Origin: a bacterium
Lineage (GTDB): Bacteria > Patescibacteriota > Patescibacteriia > Patescibacteriales > UBA12465
NCBI GenBank assembly: GCA_021806615.1
Contig: JAJZRB010000007.1
Location: forward strand, 1-55,473
Length of the DNA: 55,473 bases
Direction: 5' to 3'
Below the pieces are notes generated by a model, which was given only the letters and a program-made list of their open reading frames with translations, searched no databases and was not told where the DNA came from. Each line of letters opens with the position of its first letter. The stretch's first letter is position 1. This document shows, in pieces, positions 9,761 to 20,032 of the stretch. The translations under genes and the position numbers were made by a program.

Positions 9761-10591
9761 ATGCAAAACATAGCTTTGCCAAAAAAAATCGAATTCAAAA
9801 CCGGCAGCGATCCTAAAGAGGGGGTAATCACGGTTGAACCATTATTTCCCGGTTATGGAATGACCCTGGGCAATTCCTTGCGCCGCGTACTTTTATCATC
9901 CTTGCCGGGAGCCGCAGTTATCGGCGTCAAGATAAAAGGAGCCAGTCATGAGTTCATGGCTCTGCCGCAGATCAAAGAAGATGTCCTGGAAATCATCCTG
10001 AATTTAAAACAGCTGCGCCTGCAGATCTTTACCGAAGAAGAAGTCCGTTTAGAATTGAAAGTCAAAGGCAAGAAGACGGTGACGGCGGGCGATATTGTCA
10101 AGAATTCTTTGGTGGCTATCAAGAACCCGGAGTTAGTTCTAGCGCATATCACCGATGAGGGCGGTAGCCTGGAGGTGGAGATCACCGTGAAGGAGGGGCG
10201 AGGCTATAAATTAGCGGAAGGCTCAAAGAAGGATAACCGCGAGATCGGTTATATTGAGATAGATTCGGTTTTTTCTCCGGTGACCCTGGTTAGCATCAAT
10301 GTGGAAAATACCCGTGTCGGTAAGATGACTAATTGGGATAAGCTCAGTTTGAATGTCAAGACGGATGGCACGATTACGCCGGAAGAAGCCTTTAATGAAG
10401 CGGTAAAGATCTTGGTGAATCAATATACCTCTTTCTTGCCGCAGAGCCGGACGGCTGAAAATAAGGTTTCCGATGAAGCCGCGGAATCAGAAATATCCTC
10501 TGAAGAGGAGGCGCCGAGCGAAGAAGCCGCTAAATCCGATAAGAAAGAAAAGAAAGAAAAAAAAGAAACTAAGAAGAAAACGAAAAAATAA
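9761..10591 (+). CDS. rpoA: RNA polymerase alpha subunit lacking alpha-CTD
   Basis: EPLFPGYGMTLGNSLRRVLLSS, VENTRVG, KTDGTITP; ends in E/K-rich tail. Confidence 0.95.
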   Translation: MQNIALPKKIEFKTGSDPKEGVITVEPLFPGYGMTLGNSLRRVLLSSLPGAAVIGVKIKGASHEFMALPQIKEDVLEIILNLKQLRLQIFTEEEVRLELKVKGKKTVTAGDIVKNSLVAIKNPELVLAHITDEGGSLEVEITVKEGRGYKLAEGSKKDNREIGYIEIDSVFSPVTLVSINVENTRVGKMTNWDKLSLNVKTDGTITPEEAFNEAVKILVNQYTSFLPQSRTAENKVSDEAAESEISSEEEAPSEEAAKSDKKEKKEKKETKKKTKK

Positions 10592-10607
10592 TTTGTAAAT
10601 AAAAGTT

Positions 10608-10958
10608 ATGCGTCACAGAAATAAAAATAAGATCCTGGATCGGAAAAAGGCGCCGCGAGAACTGATGTTGCGCAATCTGGCTTCCAGTATCTTATTATAC
10701 GAAAAAGTGAAGACGACTAAGGCTAAGGCCGCCGCCGTCCGCCCGTTAGTTGAACGGTCGATTACGGCCGCTAAGATCGGTAATTTAACGGCTCGCCGCG
10801 GCTTGCTCAAAGTACTACTTCAGAAGAACGCGGTCAAAAAATCCCTGGAAGTGTTGGGCGTCCGTTATCAGAATCGTCCGGGCGGTTATACCCGGATCAT
10901 TAAATTAGGGACGAGAGCCGGAGACGGGGCAGAGATGGTCCAGATTGAATTAGTATAA
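10608..10958 (+). CDS. rplQ: 50S protein L17
   Basis: MRHR, RPGGYTRIIK, RAGDGA. Confidence 0.96.
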   Translation: MRHRNKNKILDRKKAPRELMLRNLASSILLYEKVKTTKAKAAAVRPLVERSITAAKIGNLTARRGLLKVLLQKNAVKKSLEVLGVRYQNRPGGYTRIIKLGTRAGDGAEMVQIELV

Positions 10959-10963
10959 ATAAT

Positions 10964-11320
10964 ATGAAAAATATTGAAAGAAAACTACATCAGATTGACG
11001 CGGCCGATCAGACCGTCGGACGTTTGGCGACCAAAATCGCCAATTTACTGCGCGGCAAGCATAAGCCGGAATTCGTGCCGCATTTGGATTTGGGGGACAT
11101 CGTCTCCGTCAAGAATATTTCCCAGCTGAAGTTTACCGGCAAGAAATTAGACCAGAAGCAGTATCATCATTTTTCCGGTTACTTGGGCGGTTTGAAGAGC
11201 AAAAAAATGTCGGATATATTCGCCAAGAATCCGGGAGATATCCTGTACCGCGCGGTGCGTGAGATGCTGCCGCCGACTAAATTGCGAGTCGCCCAGCTCA
11301 AAAGACTAATCATTAAATAA
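10964..11320 (+). CDS. rplM: 50S protein L13 (short)
   Basis: IDA...GRLA..IA.LLRGKHKP. Confidence 0.95.
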   Translation: MKNIERKLHQIDAADQTVGRLATKIANLLRGKHKPEFVPHLDLGDIVSVKNISQLKFTGKKLDQKQYHHFSGYLGGLKSKKMSDIFAKNPGDILYRAVREMLPPTKLRVAQLKRLIIK

Positions 11321-11321
11321 T

Positions 11322-11852
11322 ATGGCAGAAAAAAAAGTAAAAGCAGTCAAATCTAAAAAACCGGTCGCTAAGGATATCCTGATCACCGAGGTGCCGGCTG
11401 AAGCGCCAGAGGAAATGATAGAGGAAGAAAAAGATTGGGCCAAGAATGAAACGGCGGAATTTTCCGGTAAATATATCAAGGCTGTCGGACGCCGCAAGCA
11501 GGCCGCGGCTAAAGTACGTTTATACGAAGGCGGCAAGGGCGTTATCATGGTTAATGGCCAGCGGGCCAGCGAATATTTTCCTGGTGAAGGCTATAATCTT
11601 ATCGCCCAGCCTTTGAAAGTGACCGGCCATAATCGTGATTTTAATTTTTCCGTCCTGGTATCCGGCGGCGGCAAACAGGGACAGATCGGAGCCGTCCGCT
11701 TAGGCATCAGCCGCGCTTTATTAGCTTATGATCCAGAGACTAAAGAAGCTTTGAAAGTCAATGGTTTCTTGACCCGCGATCCGCGCCAAGTGGAAAGGAA
11801 GAAACCGGGTTTGAGAAAGGCGCGCAAAGCCCCGCAATGGAGCAAGCGCTAA
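11322..11852 (+). CDS. rpsI: 30S protein S9 with N-terminal extension
   Basis: GRRK, GGGKQGQ, LTRDPRQVERKKPG, PQWSKR. Confidence 0.96.
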   Translation: MAEKKVKAVKSKKPVAKDILITEVPAEAPEEMIEEEKDWAKNETAEFSGKYIKAVGRRKQAAAKVRLYEGGKGVIMVNGQRASEYFPGEGYNLIAQPLKVTGHNRDFNFSVLVSGGGKQGQIGAVRLGISRALLAYDPETKEALKVNGFLTRDPRQVERKKPGLRKARKAPQWSKR

Positions 11853-11885
11853 GCGTTTTACGCCGTTATTACGTTTTTATATATT

Positions 11886-11915
11886 CAAAAAGCACTTTTC
11901 CAGAAGTGCTTTTTG
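11886..11915 (+). terminator. Intrinsic terminator after rpsI
   Basis: CAAAAAGCACTT...AAGTGCTTTTTG inverted repeat with T-rich tail. Confidence 0.75.
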
Positions 11916-11933
11916 TTATTTTCGGGAGCTTTC

Positions 11934-11942
11934 TGATATAAT
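11934..11942 (+). promoter_or_regulatory. Extended -10 promoter for prfB, probably leaderless
   Basis: TG-A-TATAAT; ATG at 11949. Confidence 0.55.
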
Positions 11943-11948
11943 TTAAGC

Positions 11949-13043
11949 ATGGAAGCTATTATTAAAAAATTAGAAGATCTGCGGGAACGCTTTTTACGGA
12001 CGAAAGCGCTTCTAGATATTGATCGGAAGAAAGAAGAAGAGCATGAATTGCGGCTCCAGATGTCGGAGCCGGATTTTTGGCATGACCGGACAGCGGCTGT
12101 CCGGCACGGGCAAAAGGCGGAAGAATTAGCCACGGAAGTAAGAGAGTGGCTGGAATTAGGAGATGAGATCAGGGAAGCGGAGGAAATAAGCGCTCTTGCC
12201 CAGAACGAAGATAACAATGATCTGACCGAAGAATTGCATAAAAAATATGAAGAATTGGAAAAAAAATTTTTTCATTTGGAATTTTTTTCTTTATTCTCCG
12301 GCCGCTACGACCGCGATAATGCCTTAGTCGCCATCCATGCCGGGACTGGCGGGGTAGACGCCCAGGATTGGGCGCAGATTCTGGAAAGGATGTATTTGCG
12401 TTTTAGCGAGCGTCAAAATTGGCGCACCGAGACATTAGACCGGAATTATGGCAACGAAGCGGGCATCAAGAGCGTGTTTTTCCGGGTGACCGGCGCTTGG
12501 GCTTATGGCTATCTCAAAAGCGAGAACGGCGTGCATCGTCTTTTGCGTAATTCGCCGTTCGATGCCGACGGCGCCAGGCATACTTCATTCGCGCTGGTTG
12601 AAGTCATCCCGGAGATAAAAGACGACGGAACGATCATTATTAGGGATGAAGATTTGCGCATCGACGTTTTCCGTTCCAGCGGTCCGGGCGGCCAGAGCGT
12701 TAATACTACCGATTCGGCAGTACGTATCGTCCATTTGCCGACCGGCCTGACGGTTTCTTGCCAGAGCGAGAGATCGCAGCACCAGAATAAGGAAAACGCT
12801 TTGAAGATTCTACGGACTAAATTATACCAATTAGCTCTGGCCGAAAAAGAAGCCGAAGAACGGAAATTGAAAGGCGATATACAGAAGGCAGAATGGGGAC
12901 GGCAGATTAGATCCTATTTCTTATATGGCAATCGCCTGATAAAAGACCATCGCACCGATTTTGAAACTTCTGATATTGACGGCGTCTTGGACGGCGCTTT
13001 AGAGCCGTTCATGGAAGCTTATTTGAAATGGCTGAAGGAGTAG
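11949..13043 (+). CDS. prfB: Peptide chain release factor 2, no frameshift
   Basis: SPF specificity tripeptide, GPGGQ, RSQHQNK; single open frame. Confidence 0.95.
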   Translation: MEAIIKKLEDLRERFLRTKALLDIDRKKEEEHELRLQMSEPDFWHDRTAAVRHGQKAEELATEVREWLELGDEIREAEEISALAQNEDNNDLTEELHKKYEELEKKFFHLEFFSLFSGRYDRDNALVAIHAGTGGVDAQDWAQILERMYLRFSERQNWRTETLDRNYGNEAGIKSVFFRVTGAWAYGYLKSENGVHRLLRNSPFDADGARHTSFALVEVIPEIKDDGTIIIRDEDLRIDVFRSSGPGGQSVNTTDSAVRIVHLPTGLTVSCQSERSQHQNKENALKILRTKLYQLALAEKEAEERKLKGDIQKAEWGRQIRSYFLYGNRLIKDHRTDFETSDIDGVLDGALEPFMEAYLKWLKE

Positions 13044-13109
13044 AGACCCTTTATCTTTTCTTAATATCTTATTTTATAAAATACCATTATTTATCATGAT
13101 GGTATTTTT

Positions 13110-14504
13110 ATGTTGAAAGCCCGGGTTTTTAAGGCTGGATATCGCCTGACTCCGGCCAAGATTTTATTTTTCTTCAATATATCATTGATCTTTTTTATTT
13201 TCCTTCTCGGCTTAGATTCGAAGGCTTTCCGTCCGGCCGTAACTCCGCGGGATTTAGCCTATTATAACGGCCAGTTCTTGAGTCTCTCCGGCCGTGTCTG
13301 CGAAGAAGCCGATCTTGACTATAAGAGCCGGCGGCTGACGGTCTGCGTAGACGGCGAGACATCCGGCCAGGTTCTCGTGACGACCAATCTATATCCGGTT
13401 TATGATTACGGCGATTTTTTGAAAGTCAGCGGGGAATTGCGGCCGCCGCCGGCCATTAGCGGCTTTGACTATGCCGCTTATTTGGCACGCTATGATATTT
13501 ATTCCGTGATGTATTATCCGAAAATAGAAAGAGAGCTCGGACGCTTGGCTTATCCGCAGTATGTTTATCGCGGCCTCTTGAATTTCAAGCAGTATATCAA
13601 AGGCCTGGTCGATTCCAGTTTGCCCGAACCGGAGGCCGGTTTGGCAGACGCGCTTCTGCTCGGCTATCGCCGGACCGTCATGAGGGAAGACTTGGATATT
13701 TTCGCGCGGGTCGGTCTAAGCCATATGATCGCTATTTCCGGCTCGCATATCACGATCCTGAGCGCTATGATCGTCAATTTTGTCCTGATGCTCGGCTTCA
13801 GCCGGAAGCGCTCGCTCCGCTTGGTCTTTATTTTTTTGGTGATTTACCCGCTGATTACCGGTTTGGCCGCTTCCGCCGTCCGGTCGGCCCTGATGGGCGG
13901 ACTAGCTTTTTTAGCGTTCTATCACGGACGCTCTAGCTCTCTTATCAAAGCTCTAGCCTTTTCGGGCGCTCTGATGCTCGCCTTGAATCCCCGGCTTCTG
14001 CGCGACGATATCGGTTTCCAATTATCATTTCTCGCTATCCTGGGCATTATTTATCTTTATCCGATAGGCGAAAGGTTTACGCGGCGAATTTTGGATAAGC
14101 TGGGCTGGAAGCGGCGACTGAAACAGGCGATCAAGATCTTCTTGGACACGGTCAATCTGACCCTAGTCTCTCAGATCGTTATCCTGCCGGTGGCTCTGAT
14201 CAATTTCAAGCAGCTATCCCTGATCGCGCCGCTAGCCAATGTCTTGGTACTCTGGACCTTCCCCCTGCTTCTAGCCTCGCTCATTATCAGCGTTGGCCTG
14301 AGCGCCTTTCTTCCCACCGCCAGTATTCTATGGTTTTTGCTAGCCCACCTATTGTTGAGGTATATTTTTGTCGTATCGGATTTTCTTGCGCGCCCTGGTT
14401 GGGCAGCGGTGGAGATATCAAATTTTACTTGGTTAGGCGGGGCGGTATATTATTTGATCTTGGCGTTGGCCGTAATAGTGTTTAGGAAGATATCAAAGAT
14501 TTGA
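13110..14504 (+). CDS. comEC: ComEC/Rec2 competence protein (OB-like + competence domain, no beta-lactamase domain)
   Basis: GLSHMIAISGSH, SAVRSALM, GFQLSFLA. Confidence 0.9.
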   Translation: MLKARVFKAGYRLTPAKILFFFNISLIFFIFLLGLDSKAFRPAVTPRDLAYYNGQFLSLSGRVCEEADLDYKSRRLTVCVDGETSGQVLVTTNLYPVYDYGDFLKVSGELRPPPAISGFDYAAYLARYDIYSVMYYPKIERELGRLAYPQYVYRGLLNFKQYIKGLVDSSLPEPEAGLADALLLGYRRTVMREDLDIFARVGLSHMIAISGSHITILSAMIVNFVLMLGFSRKRSLRLVFIFLVIYPLITGLAASAVRSALMGGLAFLAFYHGRSSSLIKALAFSGALMLALNPRLLRDDIGFQLSFLAILGIIYLYPIGERFTRRILDKLGWKRRLKQAIKIFLDTVNLTLVSQIVILPVALINFKQLSLIAPLANVLVLWTFPLLLASLIISVGLSAFLPTASILWFLLAHLLLRYIFVVSDFLARPGWAAVEISNFTWLGGAVYYLILALAVIVFRKISKI

Positions 14505-14529
14505 CTATAATTTAAAATCGTGTTAATAT
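14501..14529 (+). promoter_or_regulatory. Sigma70 promoter for the orphan gene
   Basis: TTGACT(14501)-17 bp-TAATAT(14524) with TG extension. Confidence 0.55.
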
Positions 14530-14628
14530 ATGTAGCTTATCGTTCTTTAATATTTTTCGTGCCAGCCTCGATATCGGCGCGGCTTAATTAGAAATCAAAG
14601 AATACTAAAATAAATAAAGAGGTGAATC

Positions 14629-15810
14629 ATGTTCAAGATACCAAGACTGGAACAAGCTCTGCTTCTGGTAGAAGAGACTGCTCAGGATTTCCGGGCAATC
14701 TGGCAAATACAATTCAATGAGGGCAAGGTTACTCCTGGCCCCAATGGATTAGCTGTTAATCAACGGAAGTTCCGGAATTATCTGCTGAGTCTTAAGGATG
14801 AGGCCAACTCGCCTGATTTTCAGATTAGCGAAGATTTTTTATTCCCTGATATGGCGGACGAATATTTCGGTGCTATAACCGGGATAAATATCGATCTCGC
14901 AAATTGGATGGCGAAGTCGCGCCGGGTCTATAGCTTATCCGCTACAATGGCGGCGCAGCTCGCCCTGACTCCGGTTGATAATGTAACCTGGGCTGATGTC
15001 AGACTGCCGTTTGATGCGTTCGCTATAAGCTTGGAAGAGCCGATAACGACCAGATCGGGTAAGATTTTCGACTTCGTGATAGTTGCCAAGATCAAGGTTG
15101 ATGGCCAGGAATATTTGGTTTTTGATCTGCTATCTCCGGAGTTAAGGCACTTCCGCCGGCAAAGCGCGTATGAACGCAAGCTGATCGAACGCTTGATCAA
15201 GCGGAAAGAATATTATCGAGCCCTGCAGAAGATCGATTCGCATCGACAATCGATCCTACGAAGCTTGGATAATACTGAAATTAATAGCCGTTTCCTGATT
15301 GCGACCGACATGCTCGGCAACCAGCCTATCCACGCTTCTCTGGCACTACTGTTTAATATTTCCAAAGCATCCATGTCGGAGGTGCGCTCAATACCGCGCC
15401 GATCCGCTGATCCAGAGGAGTTTACGGAGTGGGATGAAGCCGCCAATATAGTCTGCGGCCTCTGCCTGTACTTAGCGCAGAATTCTCGCTATATTCCGTA
15501 TCCCGATCAGAAACCGTCTGCAGATTACCAGCCATTCCGTAGTGGGCGGCCTGACTACTCAGCCGTCAGTTCTGTCGAAGATATCTGCAGCGTTGCCAAT
15601 GAGACTGTCCTTACCGTCAGCGAGATGAATATCATAAGGATGGCACAGGGGAGGACTTTTGAGATGTCTCCGCATTTCCGTAGAGGGCACTGGCGTACAA
15701 CCTTAGTCGATGGCGAAAAAAAGATCACCTGGATCCATCCGACGCTGGTGCGGGCGGATCGCCTGCTTCCGGGCACCTTGCCGGGCGGATTAGTCCAAAA
15801 ATTGGAATAA
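14629..15810 (+). CDS. Hypothetical protein with C-terminal HxRRGHWR motif (phage-like)
   Basis: 393-aa ORF, SD-like GAGGTG upstream, own promoter and terminator. Confidence 0.75.
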   Translation: MFKIPRLEQALLLVEETAQDFRAIWQIQFNEGKVTPGPNGLAVNQRKFRNYLLSLKDEANSPDFQISEDFLFPDMADEYFGAITGINIDLANWMAKSRRVYSLSATMAAQLALTPVDNVTWADVRLPFDAFAISLEEPITTRSGKIFDFVIVAKIKVDGQEYLVFDLLSPELRHFRRQSAYERKLIERLIKRKEYYRALQKIDSHRQSILRSLDNTEINSRFLIATDMLGNQPIHASLALLFNISKASMSEVRSIPRRSADPEEFTEWDEAANIVCGLCLYLAQNSRYIPYPDQKPSADYQPFRSGRPDYSAVSSVEDICSVANETVLTVSEMNIIRMAQGRTFEMSPHFRRGHWRTTLVDGEKKITWIHPTLVRADRLLPGTLPGGLVQKLE

Positions 15811-15815
15811 AACAA

Positions 15816-15846
15816 AAAACCGTTTCTACTCGATAGAAACGGTTTT
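15816..15846. terminator. Bidirectional terminator (orphan / rpmB)
   Basis: AAAACCGTTTCTA-ctcga-TAGAAACGGTTTT perfect 13-bp stem. Confidence 0.8.
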
Positions 15847-15875
15847 AAAATTGCTGAAACTAGATATAAAAATCC

Positions 15876-16100
15876 TTAAGCTTTCGTGGCATTGGTTTTG
15901 AGCGCCGGCTTCCTCTTAGCCTTCACTCTTTTAGGCTTATCTATAGTCCTCAGGCAAGAAGTGCAGAGCTTGACCTTGCTTCCTTCAATAGTCCTGGCTT
16001 GCAAATTGATATTTTGCCTTTTCAGGGTTTTGATCTTAGAGTGGGATCGGCTCGCCCCTTTAGTCGCGCTACGTCCGCACAAATCACATTTTTTTGCCAT
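15876..16100 (-). CDS. rpmB: 50S protein L28 (Zn form)
   Basis: MAKKCDLCG...SHSKIKTLKRQNINLQ...CTSCLR. Confidence 0.93.
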   Translation of the reverse strand: MAKKCDLCGRSATKGASRSHSKIKTLKRQNINLQARTIEGSKVKLCTSCLRTIDKPKRVKAKRKPALKTNATKA

Positions 16101-16244
16101 ATTATCAGTATTTAAAATTAGATTCCCGCCATCGGCGGGAATAGTAGTCAAATTAACGGTTTTATCTTAACAGTATTTTTAAAATTAATCAAGCTGTGTT
16201 ATAATTCTATTAGTTAAATGTAAATTTTCGCGTATTATCTAAAT

Positions 16245-16856
16245 ATGTCACAAGAATTAAGTATAACTTTCGAGATCATCATCCTTATTTTTTCCGCGAT
16301 CGCCCATGAATATATGCATGGTTGGGCCGCTTTCCATTTAGGCGATCCGACCGCTAAGAACGCCGGCCGCCTGACTCTTAATCCTTTAGCTCACCTGGAA
16401 TGGTTCGGTTCTTTCTTCCTGCCCCTGGTCATGGTGATAAGCCAGATGCCATTTGTCTTCGGTTGGGCTAAGCCGGTGCCTTATAACCCCTTCAACTTAA
16501 AAGATCAAAAATATGGCGATGCCAAGGTGGCTGCGGCCGGACCTTTGACTAATCTTATTATCGCGATATTCTTCGGCTTATTTTTACGATTTTTTCCATT
16601 TTTTAATCTTAATTTTTCTAGCCTTATCGCGGTTATCGTTTATATTAACTTAATATTAGCCGTTTTTAATTTAGTGCCGATTCCGCCTTTAGACGGTTCT
16701 AAGATCTTGGCCACCTTTTTAGCGCCTGGCTTGCGGGCGCGGTATCTCAGCCTAGAGAGAGCCGGTTTTGTCCTTATTATCTTATTCGTGATGCTGGCTG
16801 GCAGCCTGATCATACCGGTAGTAGATTTCTTGTTCCGAGTCATCGTCGGAGCTTGA
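16245..16856 (+). CDS. Site-2 protease, peptidase M50 family
   Basis: HEYMH, GRLTLNP, AAAGP, FNLVPIPPLDG. Confidence 0.92.
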   Translation: MSQELSITFEIIILIFSAIAHEYMHGWAAFHLGDPTAKNAGRLTLNPLAHLEWFGSFFLPLVMVISQMPFVFGWAKPVPYNPFNLKDQKYGDAKVAAAGPLTNLIIAIFFGLFLRFFPFFNLNFSSLIAVIVYINLILAVFNLVPIPPLDGSKILATFLAPGLRARYLSLERAGFVLIILFVMLAGSLIIPVVDFLFRVIVGA

Positions 16857-16922
16857 TTTCCTTTAGCTTATTTTAGCCACGGAAACTCAGGGAAGCCGAG
16901 AAAATATTGGCTGAAAAGCATC

Positions 16923-16951
16923 TTGACTTATATTTTATATTTTGTTAAATT
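16923..16951 (+). promoter_or_regulatory. str operon promoter
   Basis: TTGACT(16923)-17 bp-TAAATT(16946) with TG extension. Confidence 0.6.
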
Positions 16952-17015
16952 GAATCCAGTATAAAAGCAGTATTCTAAAGACATCCTGAATATTCAGGAT
17001 TTTTATAATATTATT

Positions 17016-17435
17016 ATGCCAACAATAAATCAATTAATTAAAAATGGGCGTAAATCTATCGGTAAAAGACGTAACGCTCTAGCTCTCCATACCAGCCTTG
17101 ATTCTTTGCACCGCAAGAAAAAAGATACGGCTAAAGGAGCTCCTTTTAAGCAGGGCGTTTGTCTGAAAGTGACGACCACCACTCCGAAGAAACCGAATTC
17201 CGCTTTGCGCAAGATCGCCCGCGTCCGCTTGTCTAACGGCATGGAGGTGACCGCTTATATTCCCGGCATGGGACATAACCTGCAGGAGCACTCCATCGTC
17301 TTAGTCAAGGGAGGAAAGACTAAAGATCTGCCGGGCGTCCGCTATAAAGTCGTCCGCGGCGTTTTCGATGCGGCCGGAGTAGACGCTCGTCGCCAAGGGC
17401 GCAGCCGCTATGGCGCTAAGAAGCCGAAAAAATAA
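17016..17435 (+). CDS. rpsL: 30S protein S12
   Basis: [25 protein letters not shown]. Confidence 0.97.
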   Translation: MPTINQLIKNGRKSIGKRRNALALHTSLDSLHRKKKDTAKGAPFKQGVCLKVTTTTPKKPNSALRKIARVRLSNGMEVTAYIPGMGHNLQEHSIVLVKGGKTKDLPGVRYKVVRGVFDAAGVDARRQGRSRYGAKKPKK

Positions 17436-17452
17436 TTTAAGTATTAAATATT

Positions 17453-17932
17453 ATGAGAGGTAAACCAGCTCCTAAGAGGAACATCGAAGGTGACGCGAAG
17501 TATAACGATCAGAATATCGCGAAATTTATAAATTACGTCATGGAACGCGGCAAGAAGAGCGCGGCCGAGAAAATCGTCTATGGCGCTTTTGAGATCTTGA
17601 AAGATAAGACCAAGCAGGATCCGCGCCATATCTTTAATAAAGCCATAAGGAAAGTGTCTCCGCTGGTAGAAGTGAGAGGCAAGCGCGTCGGCGGCGCTAA
17701 CTATCAGGTACCTTTCCAGGTCCGGGGAGAAAGACGTTATTTTTTAGCCTGTAACTGGATAATCGATGCCGCTCAAAGCCGCAAAGGCCGGTCAACGGCG
17801 GAAAAAATGGCGGCGGAAATTCTGGACGCTTCTAATGGCGAGGGTAATGCCGCCAAGAAGAGAGAGGCGGTCCATAAGATGGCTGAAGCTAATAAAGCTT
17901 TCGCTCATTTTTCTAGATCAAGATCGAAATAA
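17453..17932 (+). CDS. rpsG: 30S protein S7
   Basis: [27 protein letters not shown]. Confidence 0.97.
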   Translation: MRGKPAPKRNIEGDAKYNDQNIAKFINYVMERGKKSAAEKIVYGAFEILKDKTKQDPRHIFNKAIRKVSPLVEVRGKRVGGANYQVPFQVRGERRYFLACNWIIDAAQSRKGRSTAEKMAAEILDASNGEGNAAKKREAVHKMAEANKAFAHFSRSRSK

Positions 17933-17949
17933 TTTTCACAATAACAATT

Positions 17950-20028
17950 ATGGCTAGAGAATATACTTTGGATAATATCAGGAACATCGGGATCATGGCG
18001 CACATTGACGCCGGTAAGACGACTTTTACCGAGCGCGTTTTGTTTTACACCGGCAAGAAGCATAAGATCGGCGAAGTGCATGAAGGCGCCGCTGAAATGG
18101 ATTGGATGGAGCAGGAAAAGGAAAGAGGCATAACTATCACTTCCGCAGCGACGACTTGTTTTTGGAAAAATAAGAAGATAAATATCATCGATACTCCCGG
18201 CCACGTTGATTTTACGGTAGAAGTAGAGAGATCATTGCGCGTTTTGGACGGGGCGATAGCCGTTTTTGACGGCCAGGCCGGCGTAGAGCCGCAATCGGAA
18301 ACAGTCTGGCGCCAGGCGGATAAATACCATGTTCCGCGACTTTGCTTCATCAATAAGATGGATAAGATGGGCGCTGATTTTTATATGAGCCTTAATTCCA
18401 TCCGCACCCGCTTGAATCCAAAAGCGGTCGCTATGCAGCTCCCTATCGGCGCGGAAAATAATCTCAAAGGCGTCATCGATCTTCTGACCAAAAAAGCTTA
18501 TCAGTTCACGGGCAGCAACGGCATGAACGTTGAAGAAATCCCTATTCCGGACGATATGCAAGCCAAAGTTACCGAATATTATAATGAATTATTGGAAAAA
18601 GCCGTAGAATGCGATGAGCATACTATGGAAAAATATTTGAACGGACAGGAAGTCGGTTTGGACGAGCTTAAAGCCGCTATCCGCCAAGGAGTTATCGCGA
18701 ATGCCATATATCCGGTCTTTTGCGGTACGGCGCTGCAGAATATCGGCGTACAGCTGGTTTTAGACGCCGTGAATGATTATCTGCCTTCGCCTTTGGATGT
18801 GCCTGATGTCGAAGCGACTGACGTCCGCGATCCGGAAAAGAAAATCATCATCAAAGCGGACGACGGCAAGCCTTTTGTCGGCCTAGCCTTCAAGATAGCC
18901 ACGGATCCTTTCGTCGGCAAGCTTTGTTTCGTCCGTGTTTACCAGGGCGTCTTAGCCGCCGGCTCCTATATCACTAATTCTTCCAAGGATAATAAGGAGA
19001 GAATAGGCCGCTTAGTCCGGATGCACGCGAATCATCGTGAAGAGATAAAAGAAATTTACGCCGGCGATATCGCGGCTGTTATCGGCCTGAAGAATACGAC
19101 GACCGGTAATACTTTATGCGATGAGAACAACCAGGTCTTATTAGAATCCATTACTTTCCCGGAACCGGTCATCAAGATTGCGGTAGAACCGAAAACGAAA
19201 GCCGACCAGGAAAAGATGGGCGTAGCCTTGCAGCGTCTAGCTGAAGAGGATCCGACTTTCCGCGTAGAAAGCGATGAAGAAACCGGCCAGGTTCTTATTT
19301 CCGGCATGGGCGAATTGCATTTAGAAATAATCGTTGACCGCATGAAGAGGGAATTCGGAGTTGAAGCCAATGTCGGCAACCCCCAAGTATCTTATAGAGA
19401 AACGATCACGAAAGTCGCGGAAGCGGAACATAAATACGTCAAACAGTCCGGCGGCCGCGGCCAATACGGGCATTGTTCCTTGCGCGTGGAGCCGTTAGAA
19501 CAAGGCAAGGGATATGAATTCGTAGACGAAATAAAGGGCGGTATCATCCCGCGTGAGTATATTCCGGCGATTGAAAAAGGCGTGAAAGAAGCGATGCTTT
19601 CCGGCGTAGTGGCCGGCTATCCGATGGTCGATACTAGGGCGGCAGTATTCTATGGTTCTTATCATGAAGTCGATTCTTCGGAAATTGCCTTTAAAATGGC
19701 GGCTATATTCGCTTTTAAAGACGCCTGCCAGAAAGCGGGTCCGGTTCTCTTGGAACCGATCATGAAAGTGGAAGTGACGACTCCTGAAGAATACATGGGT
19801 AATATCATCGGCGACTTGAGCAGTAAGCGCGGGCAGATAGAAGAGATGTCCGATCGGGCGAACGTCAAAGTCGTCCGTTCTAAAGTGCCGCTTGCGGAAA
19901 TGTTCGGTTATTCCACCAGCCTGCGCTCCATGAGCCAAGGCCGGGCCAATTATGTCATGGAATTTTCCCACTATGCGGAAGTACCGAAAAATATTTTAGA
20001 GAGCATTAAGGAAAAACAGGGTAAATAA
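17950..20028 (+). CDS. fusA: Elongation factor G
   Basis: [26 protein letters not shown]. Confidence 0.98.
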   Translation: MAREYTLDNIRNIGIMAHIDAGKTTFTERVLFYTGKKHKIGEVHEGAAEMDWMEQEKERGITITSAATTCFWKNKKINIIDTPGHVDFTVEVERSLRVLDGAIAVFDGQAGVEPQSETVWRQADKYHVPRLCFINKMDKMGADFYMSLNSIRTRLNPKAVAMQLPIGAENNLKGVIDLLTKKAYQFTGSNGMNVEEIPIPDDMQAKVTEYYNELLEKAVECDEHTMEKYLNGQEVGLDELKAAIRQGVIANAIYPVFCGTALQNIGVQLVLDAVNDYLPSPLDVPDVEATDVRDPEKKIIIKADDGKPFVGLAFKIATDPFVGKLCFVRVYQGVLAAGSYITNSSKDNKERIGRLVRMHANHREEIKEIYAGDIAAVIGLKNTTTGNTLCDENNQVLLESITFPEPVIKIAVEPKTKADQEKMGVALQRLAEEDPTFRVESDEETGQVLISGMGELHLEIIVDRMKREFGVEANVGNPQVSYRETITKVAEAEHKYVKQSGGRGQYGHCSLRVEPLEQGKGYEFVDEIKGGIIPREYIPAIEKGVKEAMLSGVVAGYPMVDTRAAVFYGSYHEVDSSEIAFKMAAIFAFKDACQKAGPVLLEPIMKVEVTTPEEYMGNIIGDLSSKRGQIEEMSDRANVKVVRSKVPLAEMFGYSTSLRSMSQGRANYVMEFSHYAEVPKNILESIKEKQGK

Positions 20029-20032
20029 CCAT

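Noticed and set aside
10540-10591. AAAGAA-type repeats at the rpoA end
   Set aside because: Reflect the K/E low-complexity tail, not a separate repeat element
15886-16170. 94-aa plus-strand ORF
   Set aside because: Antisense to rpmB
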